Assembly: GCA_944380315.1 (NCBI GenBank)
Contig: CALWHG010000006.1
Coordinates: 7,387-71,386 of the forward strand
Source: an uncultured Lachnospiraceae bacterium
Lineage (GTDB): Bacteria > Bacillota > Clostridia > Lachnospirales > Lachnospiraceae
DNA: 64,000 nucleotides
Direction of reading: 5' to 3'
Below, in pieces: positions 9,314-18,846 of the stretch. Below the pieces are notes generated by a model. It saw only the letters and a list, made by a program, of their open reading frames with translations. It was not told the origin of the DNA and searched no databases. Within the stretch, counting starts at the first letter, position 1. Every line of letters begins with the position of its first letter. A program made the translations under genes and the position numbers.

Positions 9314-10735
9314 TTATGTATTTACCGTCGAGGGCTCCGCCTCAGCTTCGTCCTGCTCTGCTGCCATCTTTTTGAAATCCTTCAGTATGGCTCTGGTTAT
9401 GAAAAATGCTGTTACAGAGCTAAGTATGTCACTGACAGGCGTGGCAGCCAGAAGTCCCATGAGTCCGAAGGCCTTTGACAGTATGGCAACCATGGGTATG
9501 AGGTAAAGTCCCTGTCGAAGCAGCGAAATGATCGTAGCCCTGAAGCCATAGCCTATGGTCTGTGTAAACATGTTTGCCATGTTTATCTGGGCCATGAGAT
9601 AAAAGGTCAGCACCTGCATCCTGAGCGCCATGGCTCCTATCCTTATGACCTCAGCATCCTCCCTGCGGAACAGAGTGATGATAGGTGATGCAAAGATAAA
9701 GCCAAGGAAGCATAAAGTACCAAGTACTATGAATTCAACCTTGATGGAGAAATAATAGGCATCCATGACACGCCTGTACTTCTTTGCTCCATAATTGTAT
9801 CCGCATACAGGCTGGAATCCCTGTCCAAAGCCTACCACTGCAGAGTTCATGAACATTGTTATCCTGTTTACTATGGATATGGCCGCTATGGCAGCATCGC
9901 CATAGGGATGAGCTGCAAGGTTCATGACTATGCTGGCCACACTGGCTATGCCCTGACGGGTAAGTGAAGGCAGTCCGTTATGTACTATGGCAGAATATAT
10001 CTTCAGGGAAGGCCTGAAGTTGGATATCCTGATGGATATGCAGCTGTCTATATGGTTGCAAAGGTAAGTAAGTATCAGAAAGGATATGAACTGGGATATG
10101 CCCGTAGCTATGGCAGCACCTGAGATCCCCAGTCCCAGCCCGAAATCATATATGAAGATAGGATCCAGTATGAGATTCAGTATGCCTCCAGATGCTATGC
10201 CCAGCATGGAAAACATGGAATTTCCCTGAAACCTCATCATGTTGTTCATGCCAAGGGAACACATCATAAAGGGCGCGGCCAGCAGTATATATCTGGCATA
10301 GTCCATGGCATAAGGTGCTATGGTATCGGTCGCTCCTAGAAGATATACGAGGGATTCAAGGTTTGCAAGGCCTATGACAGCCAGCAGAGTGCCTACTATC
10401 AGCTCCGTAAAATATGCCACGGAGGCAAAGTAGGCAGCTCTTTCATTTTTCTTCTGTCCCAGAAGACGGGCTATATTGTTTCCGGATCCCATCCCTATCA
10501 TAAAGGCAAAGGCCTGGATGATGGCTGACAGTGCATATATGATACCGACCGCCGCAGAAGCCGAGGTATTTATCTGAGATACAAAAAATGTATCTGCCAT
10601 GTTGTAGATGGAGGTAATAAGCGTAGAGATGATGGTCGGTATGGCCAGCCTTATGATCAGTCCGTGGACCGGTTCATTGATCATCTCATCAAACTTTTCC
10701 TCCTGCGACTCATGACTTCTGAAAAAACTGCTCAT
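9314..10735 (-). CDS. MATE family efflux transporter
   Basis: 473 aa, polytopic. It has the typical MATE N-terminus (LAIPTIISTLITSIYNMADTFFVSQ) and a 12-TM layout. Confidence 0.88.
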   Translation of the reverse strand: MSSFFRSHESQEEKFDEMINEPVHGLIIRLAIPTIISTLITSIYNMADTFFVSQINTSASAAVGIIYALSAIIQAFAFMIGMGSGNNIARLLGQKKNERAAYFASVAYFTELIVGTLLAVIGLANLESLVYLLGATDTIAPYAMDYARYILLAAPFMMCSLGMNNMMRFQGNSMFSMLGIASGGILNLILDPIFIYDFGLGLGISGAAIATGISQFISFLILTYLCNHIDSCISIRISNFRPSLKIYSAIVHNGLPSLTRQGIASVASIVMNLAAHPYGDAAIAAISIVNRITMFMNSAVVGFGQGFQPVCGYNYGAKKYRRVMDAYYFSIKVEFIVLGTLCFLGFIFASPIITLFRREDAEVIRIGAMALRMQVLTFYLMAQINMANMFTQTIGYGFRATIISLLRQGLYLIPMVAILSKAFGLMGLLAATPVSDILSSVTAFFITRAILKDFKKMAAEQDEAEAEPSTVNT

Positions 10736-10790
10736 ATCACACCTGCCTGTTACTACGGAAATGGGATCCTGTTATTTCAAACAACTATAG

Positions 10791-10819
10791 ATTATATACC
10801 CTTTATCTGTCCTTATCAA
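10791..10819 (-). promoter_or_regulatory. Sigma-70-type promoter for the MATE operon
   Basis: The minus strand reads TTGATA, a 17-nt spacer, then TATAAT. It overlaps the last codons of the MBL hydrolase gene. Confidence 0.5.
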
Positions 10820-11684
10820 ATACCAGAGCAGGATTTATACGTACATAGTTCCTGTCTTTTACATAGTATACCTCAGGACCTTCTTCAGCATGAGTAAAGT
10901 TGGGAAGTGACACATAAGAGCCCTCTCCTCTCATGACCTCCTCACATATATCTATGGCATTGGGAAGACAATCAGCCTCGAGAGGAACTCCTACAGGCCT
11001 GAAATCATGATGGCCGTTGAAGATATCATCGTATTTATCACTGAGCTCCTGCATCTTTCTGAGGCCTCTGAGCGTAGTTTCCACAGGAGTGACCTGGACT
11101 CCAAGATTATAGTTAAGGCCGTCTCCTACAAACAAGGTCCTCGTCATCTCATCAAGGAGCATTATCTGTCCTGCTGTATGTCCTTCACACTCATATACCT
11201 TTACGATACGTCCTCCACCAAGGTCAAACTCCATACCTTCCACTACGTCTTTGATCTGCTGCTTCTTTACAAGCTCAGGATCAGCCGGCTCTATATCTTT
11301 GTTCAGGTCATAGGCATAAAGATTATGTGTCTGATATATGGTAGGGCGGGCCCCATGCATCCTCTTGGCCATGGAAACAGGATAGGTCATCCTATGCTCC
11401 ATGTCATCATAGTTGATCCTTTCTCTGTCCTTAGGATGGATATATATCTCAGGAAATCTCCAGGCATTGCCAAGATGGTCTCCATGTCCATGAGTTATGA
11501 CCACCGTCACAGGCTTGTCTGTGATCTTTTCAACTGCCGCCTTCAGGTCACCGACTCCTATTCCGGTGTCGATAAGCAGGGCTCTTTCCGTTCCTACAAG
11601 CAGAAAGATGCTCGCACAGTCAAACTCGTCAAGCTCCCATGTATCCTTTTTAAACTGAACCATAGGATAAAGTGTCGTTGCCAT
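10803..11684 (-). CDS. MBL-fold metallo-hydrolase
   Basis: 293 aa with the HxHxDH motif (VITHGHGDHLGN) and downstream His/Asp ligands (CEGHTAGQ, FVGDG, NGHHD). Confidence 0.85.
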   Translation of the reverse strand: MATTLYPMVQFKKDTWELDEFDCASIFLLVGTERALLIDTGIGVGDLKAAVEKITDKPVTVVITHGHGDHLGNAWRFPEIYIHPKDRERINYDDMEHRMTYPVSMAKRMHGARPTIYQTHNLYAYDLNKDIEPADPELVKKQQIKDVVEGMEFDLGGGRIVKVYECEGHTAGQIMLLDEMTRTLFVGDGLNYNLGVQVTPVETTLRGLRKMQELSDKYDDIFNGHHDFRPVGVPLEADCLPNAIDICEEVMRGEGSYVSLPNFTHAEEGPEVYYVKDRNYVRINPALVFDKDR

Positions 11685-11705
11685 ATCTCTTTCCTCCTAA
11701 TTTGA

Positions 11706-13073
11706 TTATTTGTTCATGGCATCCTCAAACATATCAAGCATGCCTTTAACTATCTTATCATCATTGTTTCCGGGACGTACCTTGGCATAGCTCTGAAAGA
11801 CCTTATGATCCGCAGATGCATCATCAAGGATATATCCGGCTTTCCTGCCATCTGTATGGGTGACTACCACCGTATTCTTAAATGGAGATGCCTCCTTACA
11901 TTTATAGCCAATCATACAGTAGGGCTCTGCTGCCTGTCCCACGAAAGCTGTATCGCCCAGTATCGCAAGCTGCATCCTGAGGTCCACGGTCCCTTCGGGG
12001 ATCATCTCTACCAATTTCTTTTCGGGCCTTTTCCCACCTTCAAAAAGTTCTGGTCTGTATCCTCTCAGGAAATTATCTATCAGCAGCCTGTTGTATTGCA
12101 TGTCTGCGCCCTCGGGTGCCTTCTGGCCATCAAGCTTCACTATGGTAGATGCAGTAGTGATCCTCATCCTGCTCTTCATATCCTTTATGGATTCAATGAC
12201 CTTTATAGCATCTACGCCATGCTGAAATCCCCAATGCCTCTGTATCAGATACTGGGTCCCATCAGGAGTGTCCACGCTTTCAGAATATCCATCCGGCTCA
12301 TACATCCTCGGAAATCCTTCGGAAGAAAAAAGCGGATTCTGATCTCCAGCAGCTCCCGAAGACCATACTATAACAGGGTCTCCTCCGTAGCGCTGCTGCA
12401 CATAATTGCATGCATAGCCAGTAAACTCCGGGGATGTCTTGATCTTTCCATCCACATCCTTTCTGGTAAAAGCGCATGTGCCGTGACAGCAATAATTAAG
12501 AAGAGCAGCTATAAGCTTTCCATTCATATCCTCGAACTTAAGTACAGCCAGAGTCTTATCTGAAAAGCCTGCATAGTTCTGTCCCTGCATCCAGAAACCA
12601 TCCTCAAAAAGCTGGTCCCTGTTCGTATTGATATAGCTAAGCCCCGTGCCAAAGCCGTACCTTGCAGGTCTGAGACTTTCCAAGGCTCCTTCTATCGCCT
12701 TCTGTATCCCCGCCACAACGGTCTTGGCGTATTCATGCTCACATCTCGCCTGATCCTCAGGCTTAGGCCCTCTGGGGCCCGGTTTATCTCCCCAAAACGG
12801 GGCCGAGTGATTGTGAGTATTAAAATTCAATATATGCTCGTAGTCAAAGCCATACTTATCAGTTATAGCCTGCTTCTCGTCTCCATCAAGAGAATCTCCT
12901 ACGTCCATACCAAGTATCAGGAATCTGGTCTCCCCATTGTCAAGGACTATGGCCTTTACTTTAAGTTCATCAAGAGATCCCTCCAGAAAGGAATTTTCAT
13001 ACTTTCTGAAGGGAAAGAGAGAGCTTGGAGGATTGATACCAGCTTCAGCTGCGCCCACTTTCAATTCGTACAT
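11706..13073 (-). CDS. Cytoplasmic hydrolase resembling the neutral/alkaline ceramidase N-terminal family. Function unknown.
   Basis: 455 aa with no signal peptide. The N-terminal pattern VGAAEAGINPP...LKVKAIVLDNG...FLILGMDV...NTHNHSAPF parallels the ceramidase-family G.a..diTP / THTHSGP blocks. This is motif recall only. Confidence 0.45.
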   Translation of the reverse strand: MYELKVGAAEAGINPPSSLFPFRKYENSFLEGSLDELKVKAIVLDNGETRFLILGMDVGDSLDGDEKQAITDKYGFDYEHILNFNTHNHSAPFWGDKPGPRGPKPEDQARCEHEYAKTVVAGIQKAIEGALESLRPARYGFGTGLSYINTNRDQLFEDGFWMQGQNYAGFSDKTLAVLKFEDMNGKLIAALLNYCCHGTCAFTRKDVDGKIKTSPEFTGYACNYVQQRYGGDPVIVWSSGAAGDQNPLFSSEGFPRMYEPDGYSESVDTPDGTQYLIQRHWGFQHGVDAIKVIESIKDMKSRMRITTASTIVKLDGQKAPEGADMQYNRLLIDNFLRGYRPELFEGGKRPEKKLVEMIPEGTVDLRMQLAILGDTAFVGQAAEPYCMIGYKCKEASPFKNTVVVTHTDGRKAGYILDDASADHKVFQSYAKVRPGNNDDKIVKGMLDMFEDAMNK

Positions 13074-13096
13074 GATATCTGCTCCTTTTTGTCTCT

Positions 13097-14047
13097 TTAA
13101 TTAAGCTCTTCGATCCTGCAACACTGTACGAAGTGATCCTTTTCTATCTCTCTAAGCTGCTGGGGCTGTCTGCAAGCCTCTGTAGCATACAGGCATCTGG
13201 CTGCAAAACGACATCCAGGCTTGGGATTTATAGGCGATGTAAGCTCACCCTTAAGCTGTACTCTCTGCATCTTATGATCCACATCAGTAGAAGGGATAGC
13301 TGAAAGCAATGCTTTTGTATAAGGGTGAAGAGGCTTTGCAAAAAGCTTCTTTGAAGGGCAGGTCTCCACAAGCTGTCCAAGATACATAACGCATATGTTG
13401 TCGGAAATATGCCTTACAACAGAAAGATCATGGGTAACGAACATATAGGTAAGTCCCTGCTTGTCCTGAAGGTCCATCAGCAGATTGAGGACCTGAGCCT
13501 GTATAGATACATCCAGAGCTGAAACAGGCTCATCGCATACTATGAACTTAGGATTAAGTGCCAATGCACGGCCTATACCCACTCTCTGCCGCCTTCCTCC
13601 ATCCAATTCATGAGGATAGGCTCCTCTCAACCTTTTTTCTATACCTACCAGGTCCATGATCCGGTCGGCCTCGGCCCTTACCTCTTCCTTTGACTTGAAT
13701 CTTTTTGATATCTGAAGAGGCTCCATGATAGTCTTGGCTATATTGTATCTCGGGTTCAGGGAAGAATAGGGATCCTGGAATATGATCTGGACATTTTCCC
13801 TGTAGTCATATAACTGCTTTTTGTCAAGATGGGTGACATCCTGACCATCAAACAGGATCTTTCCGCCTGTACTCTCCTGAAGGTGGATGATGGTAGTACC
13901 AAGAGTTGACTTTCCACAGCCCGACTCTCCTACCACACCCATGGTAGTTCCCTTTTCGATCTTGAAGCTTACATCATCCACTGCATGAAGCGTACCATTA
14001 GGAACATCAAAATATTTTTTCAGGTGTTGAACCTCTATCAATGCCAT
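13097..14047 (-). CDS. Oligopeptide/dipeptide-type ABC transporter ATP-binding protein (OppF/DppF-like)
   Basis: Walker A GESGCGKST, signature LDGGRRQR, Walker B FIVCDEP, and a C-terminal oligopeptide-type extension. Confidence 0.9.
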   Translation of the reverse strand: MALIEVQHLKKYFDVPNGTLHAVDDVSFKIEKGTTMGVVGESGCGKSTLGTTIIHLQESTGGKILFDGQDVTHLDKKQLYDYRENVQIIFQDPYSSLNPRYNIAKTIMEPLQISKRFKSKEEVRAEADRIMDLVGIEKRLRGAYPHELDGGRRQRVGIGRALALNPKFIVCDEPVSALDVSIQAQVLNLLMDLQDKQGLTYMFVTHDLSVVRHISDNICVMYLGQLVETCPSKKLFAKPLHPYTKALLSAIPSTDVDHKMQRVQLKGELTSPINPKPGCRFAARCLYATEACRQPQQLREIEKDHFVQCCRIEELN

Positions 14048-14049
14048 TT

Positions 14050-15060
14050 TTACTGCTCCTTTCTTATCTCATGCACACGGATACATTCACAGAAATGCCC
14101 GGGCTCTACCTCGACTGCCGGGATATCTCCCTGTCTGCATTTATCAGTAGCATAAGGACACCTGGGTGCAAATGCACATCCATCCGGAAGATCAGTGGGA
14201 TCCGGTGGAAGACCCTCTATGGGACTCAGTCTTTCAGAATCCAGATTCATGTTTGGCAAAGCTCCAAACAATCCATTTGTATATGGATGAAGTGGGTTCT
14301 TGAATACATCTCTCTTCTTTCCGGACTCTATGATCTTACCTGCATACACTACTGCCACATCATCACAGGTCTCATTTACAACTCCCAGGTCATGAGTGAT
14401 AAGTATCATGGAGGTATTGAGCCTCTCCTTGAGGTCATTGATAAGCTCAAGGACCTGAGCCTGTATGGTAACGTCCAATGCAGTGGTAGGCTCATCTGCA
14501 AGAAGCAGCTCCGGTGTACAGGCAAGCGCCATGGCTATTACGACCCTCTGCTTCATTCCGCCGGAAAACTGGTGAGGAAACTCGTTATAGCGCTCAGCTG
14601 GTATACCTACCATCTCGAGCATCTTCTTTCCTTCCTCCACCGCTTCCTCCCTTGTAAGATGACGATGTGCTGTAAGGACTTCTGATATCTGACGTCCAAC
14701 TCTCATGATTGGGTTGAGTGCAGTCATGGGATCCTGGAATATCATGGAGATCTTATGTCCCCTGATCTTCTCCATGTCCTTGTCCTTGAGCTTCATCAGG
14801 TCTTCTCCGTCAAACACCACTGAGCCTTTTGCCGTTGCAGATATATCAGGCAATATCCTGAGGATAGCCTTTGCTATGGAGGTCTTTCCAGCTCCTGTCT
14901 CTCCTACAAGTGCAAGTGTCTGGCCCCTTTTAAGGTCAAATGACACTCCATTTACCGCACGGACCACGCTGCCCATGGAAGTATACTGTACAGTCAGGTC
15001 CTTGACGGACAAGAGCATCTCGCCATCATTGACTTTTTTATTATTATTCTCTGAACTCAT
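14050..15060 (-). CDS. Oligopeptide/dipeptide-type ABC transporter ATP-binding protein (OppD/DppD-like)
   Basis: Walker [10 protein letters not shown], signature FSGGMKQR, Walker [13 protein letters not shown], and a C-terminal Cys-rich extension. Confidence 0.9.
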   Translation of the reverse strand: MSSENNNKKVNDGEMLLSVKDLTVQYTSMGSVVRAVNGVSFDLKRGQTLALVGETGAGKTSIAKAILRILPDISATAKGSVVFDGEDLMKLKDKDMEKIRGHKISMIFQDPMTALNPIMRVGRQISEVLTAHRHLTREEAVEEGKKMLEMVGIPAERYNEFPHQFSGGMKQRVVIAMALACTPELLLADEPTTALDVTIQAQVLELINDLKERLNTSMILITHDLGVVNETCDDVAVVYAGKIIESGKKRDVFKNPLHPYTNGLFGALPNMNLDSERLSPIEGLPPDPTDLPDGCAFAPRCPYATDKCRQGDIPAVEVEPGHFCECIRVHEIRKEQ

Positions 15061-15071
15061 ACTGTATTACC

Positions 15072-15947
15072 TCACTTCCTAAGCTTAGGATCCATGGCAT
15101 CTCTGAGGGAGTCTCCAAGCAGAGTGAATCCGACTACGGACAATGCTATGAACAGTCCGGGAAATACCAGCATATAAGGATATGTACGTATATATCCTCT
15201 TGCGCTTGCCAGCATAGCTCCCCATTCAGGCTCCGGCGCCTGGACACCAAGTCCTATGAAGCTGAGCGACGCACAGAACAGGAGTGCTGCAGCAAGTCTT
15301 GATGTGCAGTTTATGATCATGGGCATTACCGAGTTGGGTACTATATGTGAAAATATGATCCTGACACTTGAACAGTTGGATGCCTTTGCCGCCTGCACAT
15401 ATTCCTTATCTCTTATACTTAGTATCTGAGCTCGGAGTATACGCGAAAGTGCTGCAACATTTCCTATAGCCATGGCTATGACAGTATCATGATATGCTGT
15501 ACCAAGGGCTGCAGCCACGATTATGGAAAGCAGCATGCCAGGAATAGCTGAAAGCACATCCATGGCCCTCATCAGAAGGTTATCTACCCATCCGCCAAAA
15601 TACCCTGCTACAGCACCTATGATCAGAGCAACCAGGGCACCAAGACCAACTGACAGAAATCCAAGTGACATTGAATATCTGCCGCCATAAAGTATGCGGG
15701 ACAGTATGTCCCTTCCAAGATCATCCGTACCAAACAGATGTGCTGCGCTGGGCCCCTGCTTTGCCACAGCAAGATCCATCTCAAGATAATCGTATGGTGA
15801 GATCCAGGGCGCAAGTATGGCCAATATGATCAATACCGCTACTATAACGAAGCCAATGATGGCGTTTGGATTATGCATCAGTGTATTGAGCACTTCCTGC
15901 CACTGATTGACACCTGTCCTTTTTTCTTTCTTCTGAGTCTTACTCAT
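15072..15947 (-). CDS. ABC transporter permease (OppC/DppC-like)
   Basis: Polytopic BPD_transp_1-type permease. I trimmed the ORF-track start (15995) to ATG 15947, which abuts the upstream stop. Confidence 0.88.
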   Translation of the reverse strand: MSKTQKKEKRTGVNQWQEVLNTLMHNPNAIIGFVIVAVLIILAILAPWISPYDYLEMDLAVAKQGPSAAHLFGTDDLGRDILSRILYGGRYSMSLGFLSVGLGALVALIIGAVAGYFGGWVDNLLMRAMDVLSAIPGMLLSIIVAAALGTAYHDTVIAMAIGNVAALSRILRAQILSIRDKEYVQAAKASNCSSVRIIFSHIVPNSVMPMIINCTSRLAAALLFCASLSFIGLGVQAPEPEWGAMLASARGYIRTYPYMLVFPGLFIALSVVGFTLLGDSLRDAMDPKLRK

Positions 15948-15948
15948 A

Positions 15949-16917
15949 TCAGCCGGCTGCCTCCTTTCTCTTCTTTTTCTTTGAGCCTCCTGCAAACTGA
16001 GCCCTGATCATAGGATCAACGGCTGCATAGCAGAGATCAGTAGCAAGCACTACCAGCGAGAACAGTACTGAAAGGAATACCACACTTGATTGAGCTACGG
16101 GATAATCTCTGGTGTTCACGGCATTTATCAGATAAAGGCCTATACCAGGGATAGAAAAAACCTGTTCAATAACAAGGGCACCTCCAAGCTGGTTTGCAAG
16201 GTTACTTCCAAGTACGGATATGATCGGCAGCATGGCATTGGGAAGGCCATGGCCATATATTACCTTACGCTCAGAAAGTCCCTTCGATCTTGCTGTCGTT
16301 ACATAATCAGCCCTGACTACCTCAAGCATGGAAGCTCGGGATGTACGTACCATTCCCGAAATACCTCCAAGGCTCTGAGCTATAACAGGAAGTATATAGT
16401 ATTCCGGCCCACCCATGCCCTGAGCAGGAAGCAGTCCAAGCTTAAGTGAAAACAGAAGCACAAAGAGCATCGCCAGCCAGAAGGTGGGCATCGAAACACC
16501 TATTACGCAGAGGAGGACTCCTATGCGGTCCGCAAGTGTTCCTTCATGAACTGCCGTAAATATGCCAAGAGGTATACCTATAACTATAGATGCCAGCATG
16601 GCAAATCCTGCTATGATCAGCGTCCTGGGGAACCTTACCATCAGCTCATCAGTTACCGACGTACTGGTCCAATATGAGGTTCCAAAATCAAAATCTATAA
16701 AAGTCTGCTTCAGAAAGCTTCCCAGTCTCACAAGATACGGCTGATCCAATCCTAATTCATGTTCCTTTATAAGTATCTGTTCCTGGGTAGCATCCGCGCC
16801 AAGTATCAGCGAAGCCGGATTTCCAGGAACCATGGTCATGATGGTAAAGATCAGGATCGCAACAGCCAGTATTACCGGGATCATCATCAGAAGACGTTTA
16901 GCTATATATTTTCCCAT
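15949..16917 (-). CDS. ABC transporter permease (OppB/DppB-like)
   Basis: 322 aa: MGKYIAKRLLMMIPVILAV..., and an EAA-like loop DYVTTARSKGLSERKVIYGHGLPNA. Confidence 0.9.
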   Translation of the reverse strand: MGKYIAKRLLMMIPVILAVAILIFTIMTMVPGNPASLILGADATQEQILIKEHELGLDQPYLVRLGSFLKQTFIDFDFGTSYWTSTSVTDELMVRFPRTLIIAGFAMLASIVIGIPLGIFTAVHEGTLADRIGVLLCVIGVSMPTFWLAMLFVLLFSLKLGLLPAQGMGGPEYYILPVIAQSLGGISGMVRTSRASMLEVVRADYVTTARSKGLSERKVIYGHGLPNAMLPIISVLGSNLANQLGGALVIEQVFSIPGIGLYLINAVNTRDYPVAQSSVVFLSVLFSLVVLATDLCYAAVDPMIRAQFAGGSKKKKRKEAAG

Positions 16918-16946
16918 GTCTGTCCCCCTTTTTTCATGAGATCCAC

Positions 16947-16998
16947 ATAAAAAAGGTTAAAAAAGTGGCACGTGGAGCGCTGCTTCCGCGTGCCACTT
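16947..16998 (-). terminator. Intra-operon hairpin / partial terminator between the binding-protein gene and the permease genes
   Basis: On the minus strand, AAGTGGCACG-16 nt-CGTGCCACTT is a perfect 10-bp stem, followed by TTTTTAACCTTTTTTAT. Confidence 0.6.
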
Positions 16999-17043
16999 CA
17001 TGATAGATGGATAACTTGCCCGCTGTTTCAGGCACTTAATTTA

Positions 17044-18741
17044 TCAATCCGCTACACCTACATAATCACTGCTGTATGTAAATGCCCAAGGCTGAGCATA
17101 TGCAAGTGCCTGTACAACATAATCGGTGATGCCATCCTGAGATGCTATGTAGTTTACAGGTGCCCACAGGCCATAAATGATAGCATTGTCAGTGTAGTAC
17201 TCGAATACATCATTTACTGTTTCCTGGCTATTCGTGTCAGAGTTGTTTGCTATATCGCAAAGATCGCTGAGCTCTCCATCAGGCTGTCCAAGGAAGCTGC
17301 AGGGAACTCCATCATAGCTGGTATGCTCTGCTGACAGGAAGTTTGACCAAAGGGCTGCCAGGCTGTAACGGTTACCATTGTTATCGATCTTCATATCCCA
17401 CTCTGAGAAGTCAAGCTTGTAATTATCAAACAGAGCAGTATCTGCGGTCTTGACCTCTACATTGATACCGATCTCCTTGCAGTAGTTCTGGATCATCTGA
17501 GCTGCTCTTGTCTTAACCTCGTTGGACTCGGTAATAAGTACAAGGGTAGGAGAACCGTTCTTTACATAATCAGACTGAGCGAGATACTCTTTTGCCTTCT
17601 CTACATCATAGCCATTGTCCAGCTCTTCCCACTCGGGGTTGTAGTCATTGTAAAGAGGCGTGGAGAAGCCATATGATACTACAGCTGTCTGTCCCATGAT
17701 AGCCTGAGTCATTCCGACCTTATCTATAGCCCACTCTATAGCAAGCCTGAGGTTCTTATCCTCAGCCACCTTGGAGCCTGCATCCGGGAACATATTGAAG
17801 CTTACGTTTACGCAAAGTATGGAATCGAAGGGAGCGATGTTATATCCCTCAAGAGGGTTACCATCTGCATCCATGAAGAACTGAAGGTTATCAGCAGAAA
17901 CATAGTTTACTGCATCAACATCTCCTGTCTCCAGAGCCAGTGCAAGCTGAGCATCCTCAAGGATGATCTTGAAGATACACTTCTCAACGTTCTGTGACTT
18001 CAGTACGCAGCGAAGGCTCTCGTCTGTCTGCCAGTAGTTAGGATCCTTCTCGATGGTTACGGAAGCTCCGCTTATGAACTCAGTTACCTTGTAAGGTCCG
18101 CAGCCTATAGGCGCTGTGGTAAATGTTGCTGCATCGTAGGTATCCTGATCATAGATAACTGCGCCACAAAGTGTGGAAGGAACAGCTGAGGTCTCCTTGC
18201 AGGTCTCAGGATTCATATGGAACACTACATGAGTCTCGTCTGCCGCTTCAGCATTTACAAGATACTTTGAGAACTGGGTAGCATTTCCCGTCTCAAGGAA
18301 GGTGTTGTAGGACCAAGCTACATCGCTTGCATCGATGGGGTTTCCTGCCTGATCATGAACATAGTCATAGATCTCAACGGTTATAGTCTGACCGTCCTCA
18401 CTTACCTCATAGGACTTTCCTATAACGCTCTCAATAGGAGCTCCAAGCTCTGTGGCACTGAAGAGCTGATCGTGAAGAGCCTCTGTAAGATAGATAGTGC
18501 CAGTGGATGATCCGTTGAAGGGATCAAGGGTAGATATCTGGGTGTTCATACCAAGGGTGATCGTCTTGGCTATACCTGTAGACTCTGTCGCCTCACCCTC
18601 TGCTCCGGTCTCAGCAGCCTCAGCGCCTTCGGCCGCTGCTTCCGTAGCGGCTGCAGTAGTTTCAGCCTCACCGCCACCACCGCATGCGCTGAGTCCTAAA
18701 ACCATGCCAGCCATCATTACAGCTAAAATAGTTTTTTTCAT
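17044..18741 (-). CDS. ABC transporter substrate-binding lipoprotein, family 5 (peptide/nickel/oligosaccharide type)
   Basis: Start trimmed to ATG 18741 (AGGAGGAAAAC-ATG; MKKTILAVMMAGMVLGLSAC lipobox). It has an Ala/Glu-rich linker and then an SBP_bac_5-like body. Confidence 0.88.
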   Translation of the reverse strand: MKKTILAVMMAGMVLGLSACGGGGEAETTAAATEAAAEGAEAAETGAEGEATESTGIAKTITLGMNTQISTLDPFNGSSTGTIYLTEALHDQLFSATELGAPIESVIGKSYEVSEDGQTITVEIYDYVHDQAGNPIDASDVAWSYNTFLETGNATQFSKYLVNAEAADETHVVFHMNPETCKETSAVPSTLCGAVIYDQDTYDAATFTTAPIGCGPYKVTEFISGASVTIEKDPNYWQTDESLRCVLKSQNVEKCIFKIILEDAQLALALETGDVDAVNYVSADNLQFFMDADGNPLEGYNIAPFDSILCVNVSFNMFPDAGSKVAEDKNLRLAIEWAIDKVGMTQAIMGQTAVVSYGFSTPLYNDYNPEWEELDNGYDVEKAKEYLAQSDYVKNGSPTLVLITESNEVKTRAAQMIQNYCKEIGINVEVKTADTALFDNYKLDFSEWDMKIDNNGNRYSLAALWSNFLSAEHTSYDGVPCSFLGQPDGELSDLCDIANNSDTNSQETVNDVFEYYTDNAIIYGLWAPVNYIASQDGITDYVVQALAYAQPWAFTYSSDYVGVAD

Positions 18742-18846
18742 GTTTTCCTCCTGTACGTTCTTTTTTTGGTATCTTAATTGTACGGAAAGAAAAACATCTT
18801 TTAAATGTGATGAATTATGGTTTTTGTGCAAAATCTTTATATCTTA

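Noticed and set aside
18742-18831. N-terminal extensions offered by the ORF track. Examples: SBP5 from 18831, the DASS gene from 34003, ung from 43069, oppC from 15995, adk from 56448, the regulator from 31540, the nitroreductase from 49820, yggS from 28808 and malQ from 8117.
   Set aside because: In each case an internal ATG has a proper Shine-Dalgarno sequence, a family-typical N-terminus or signal peptide, and removes an overlap with the upstream gene.
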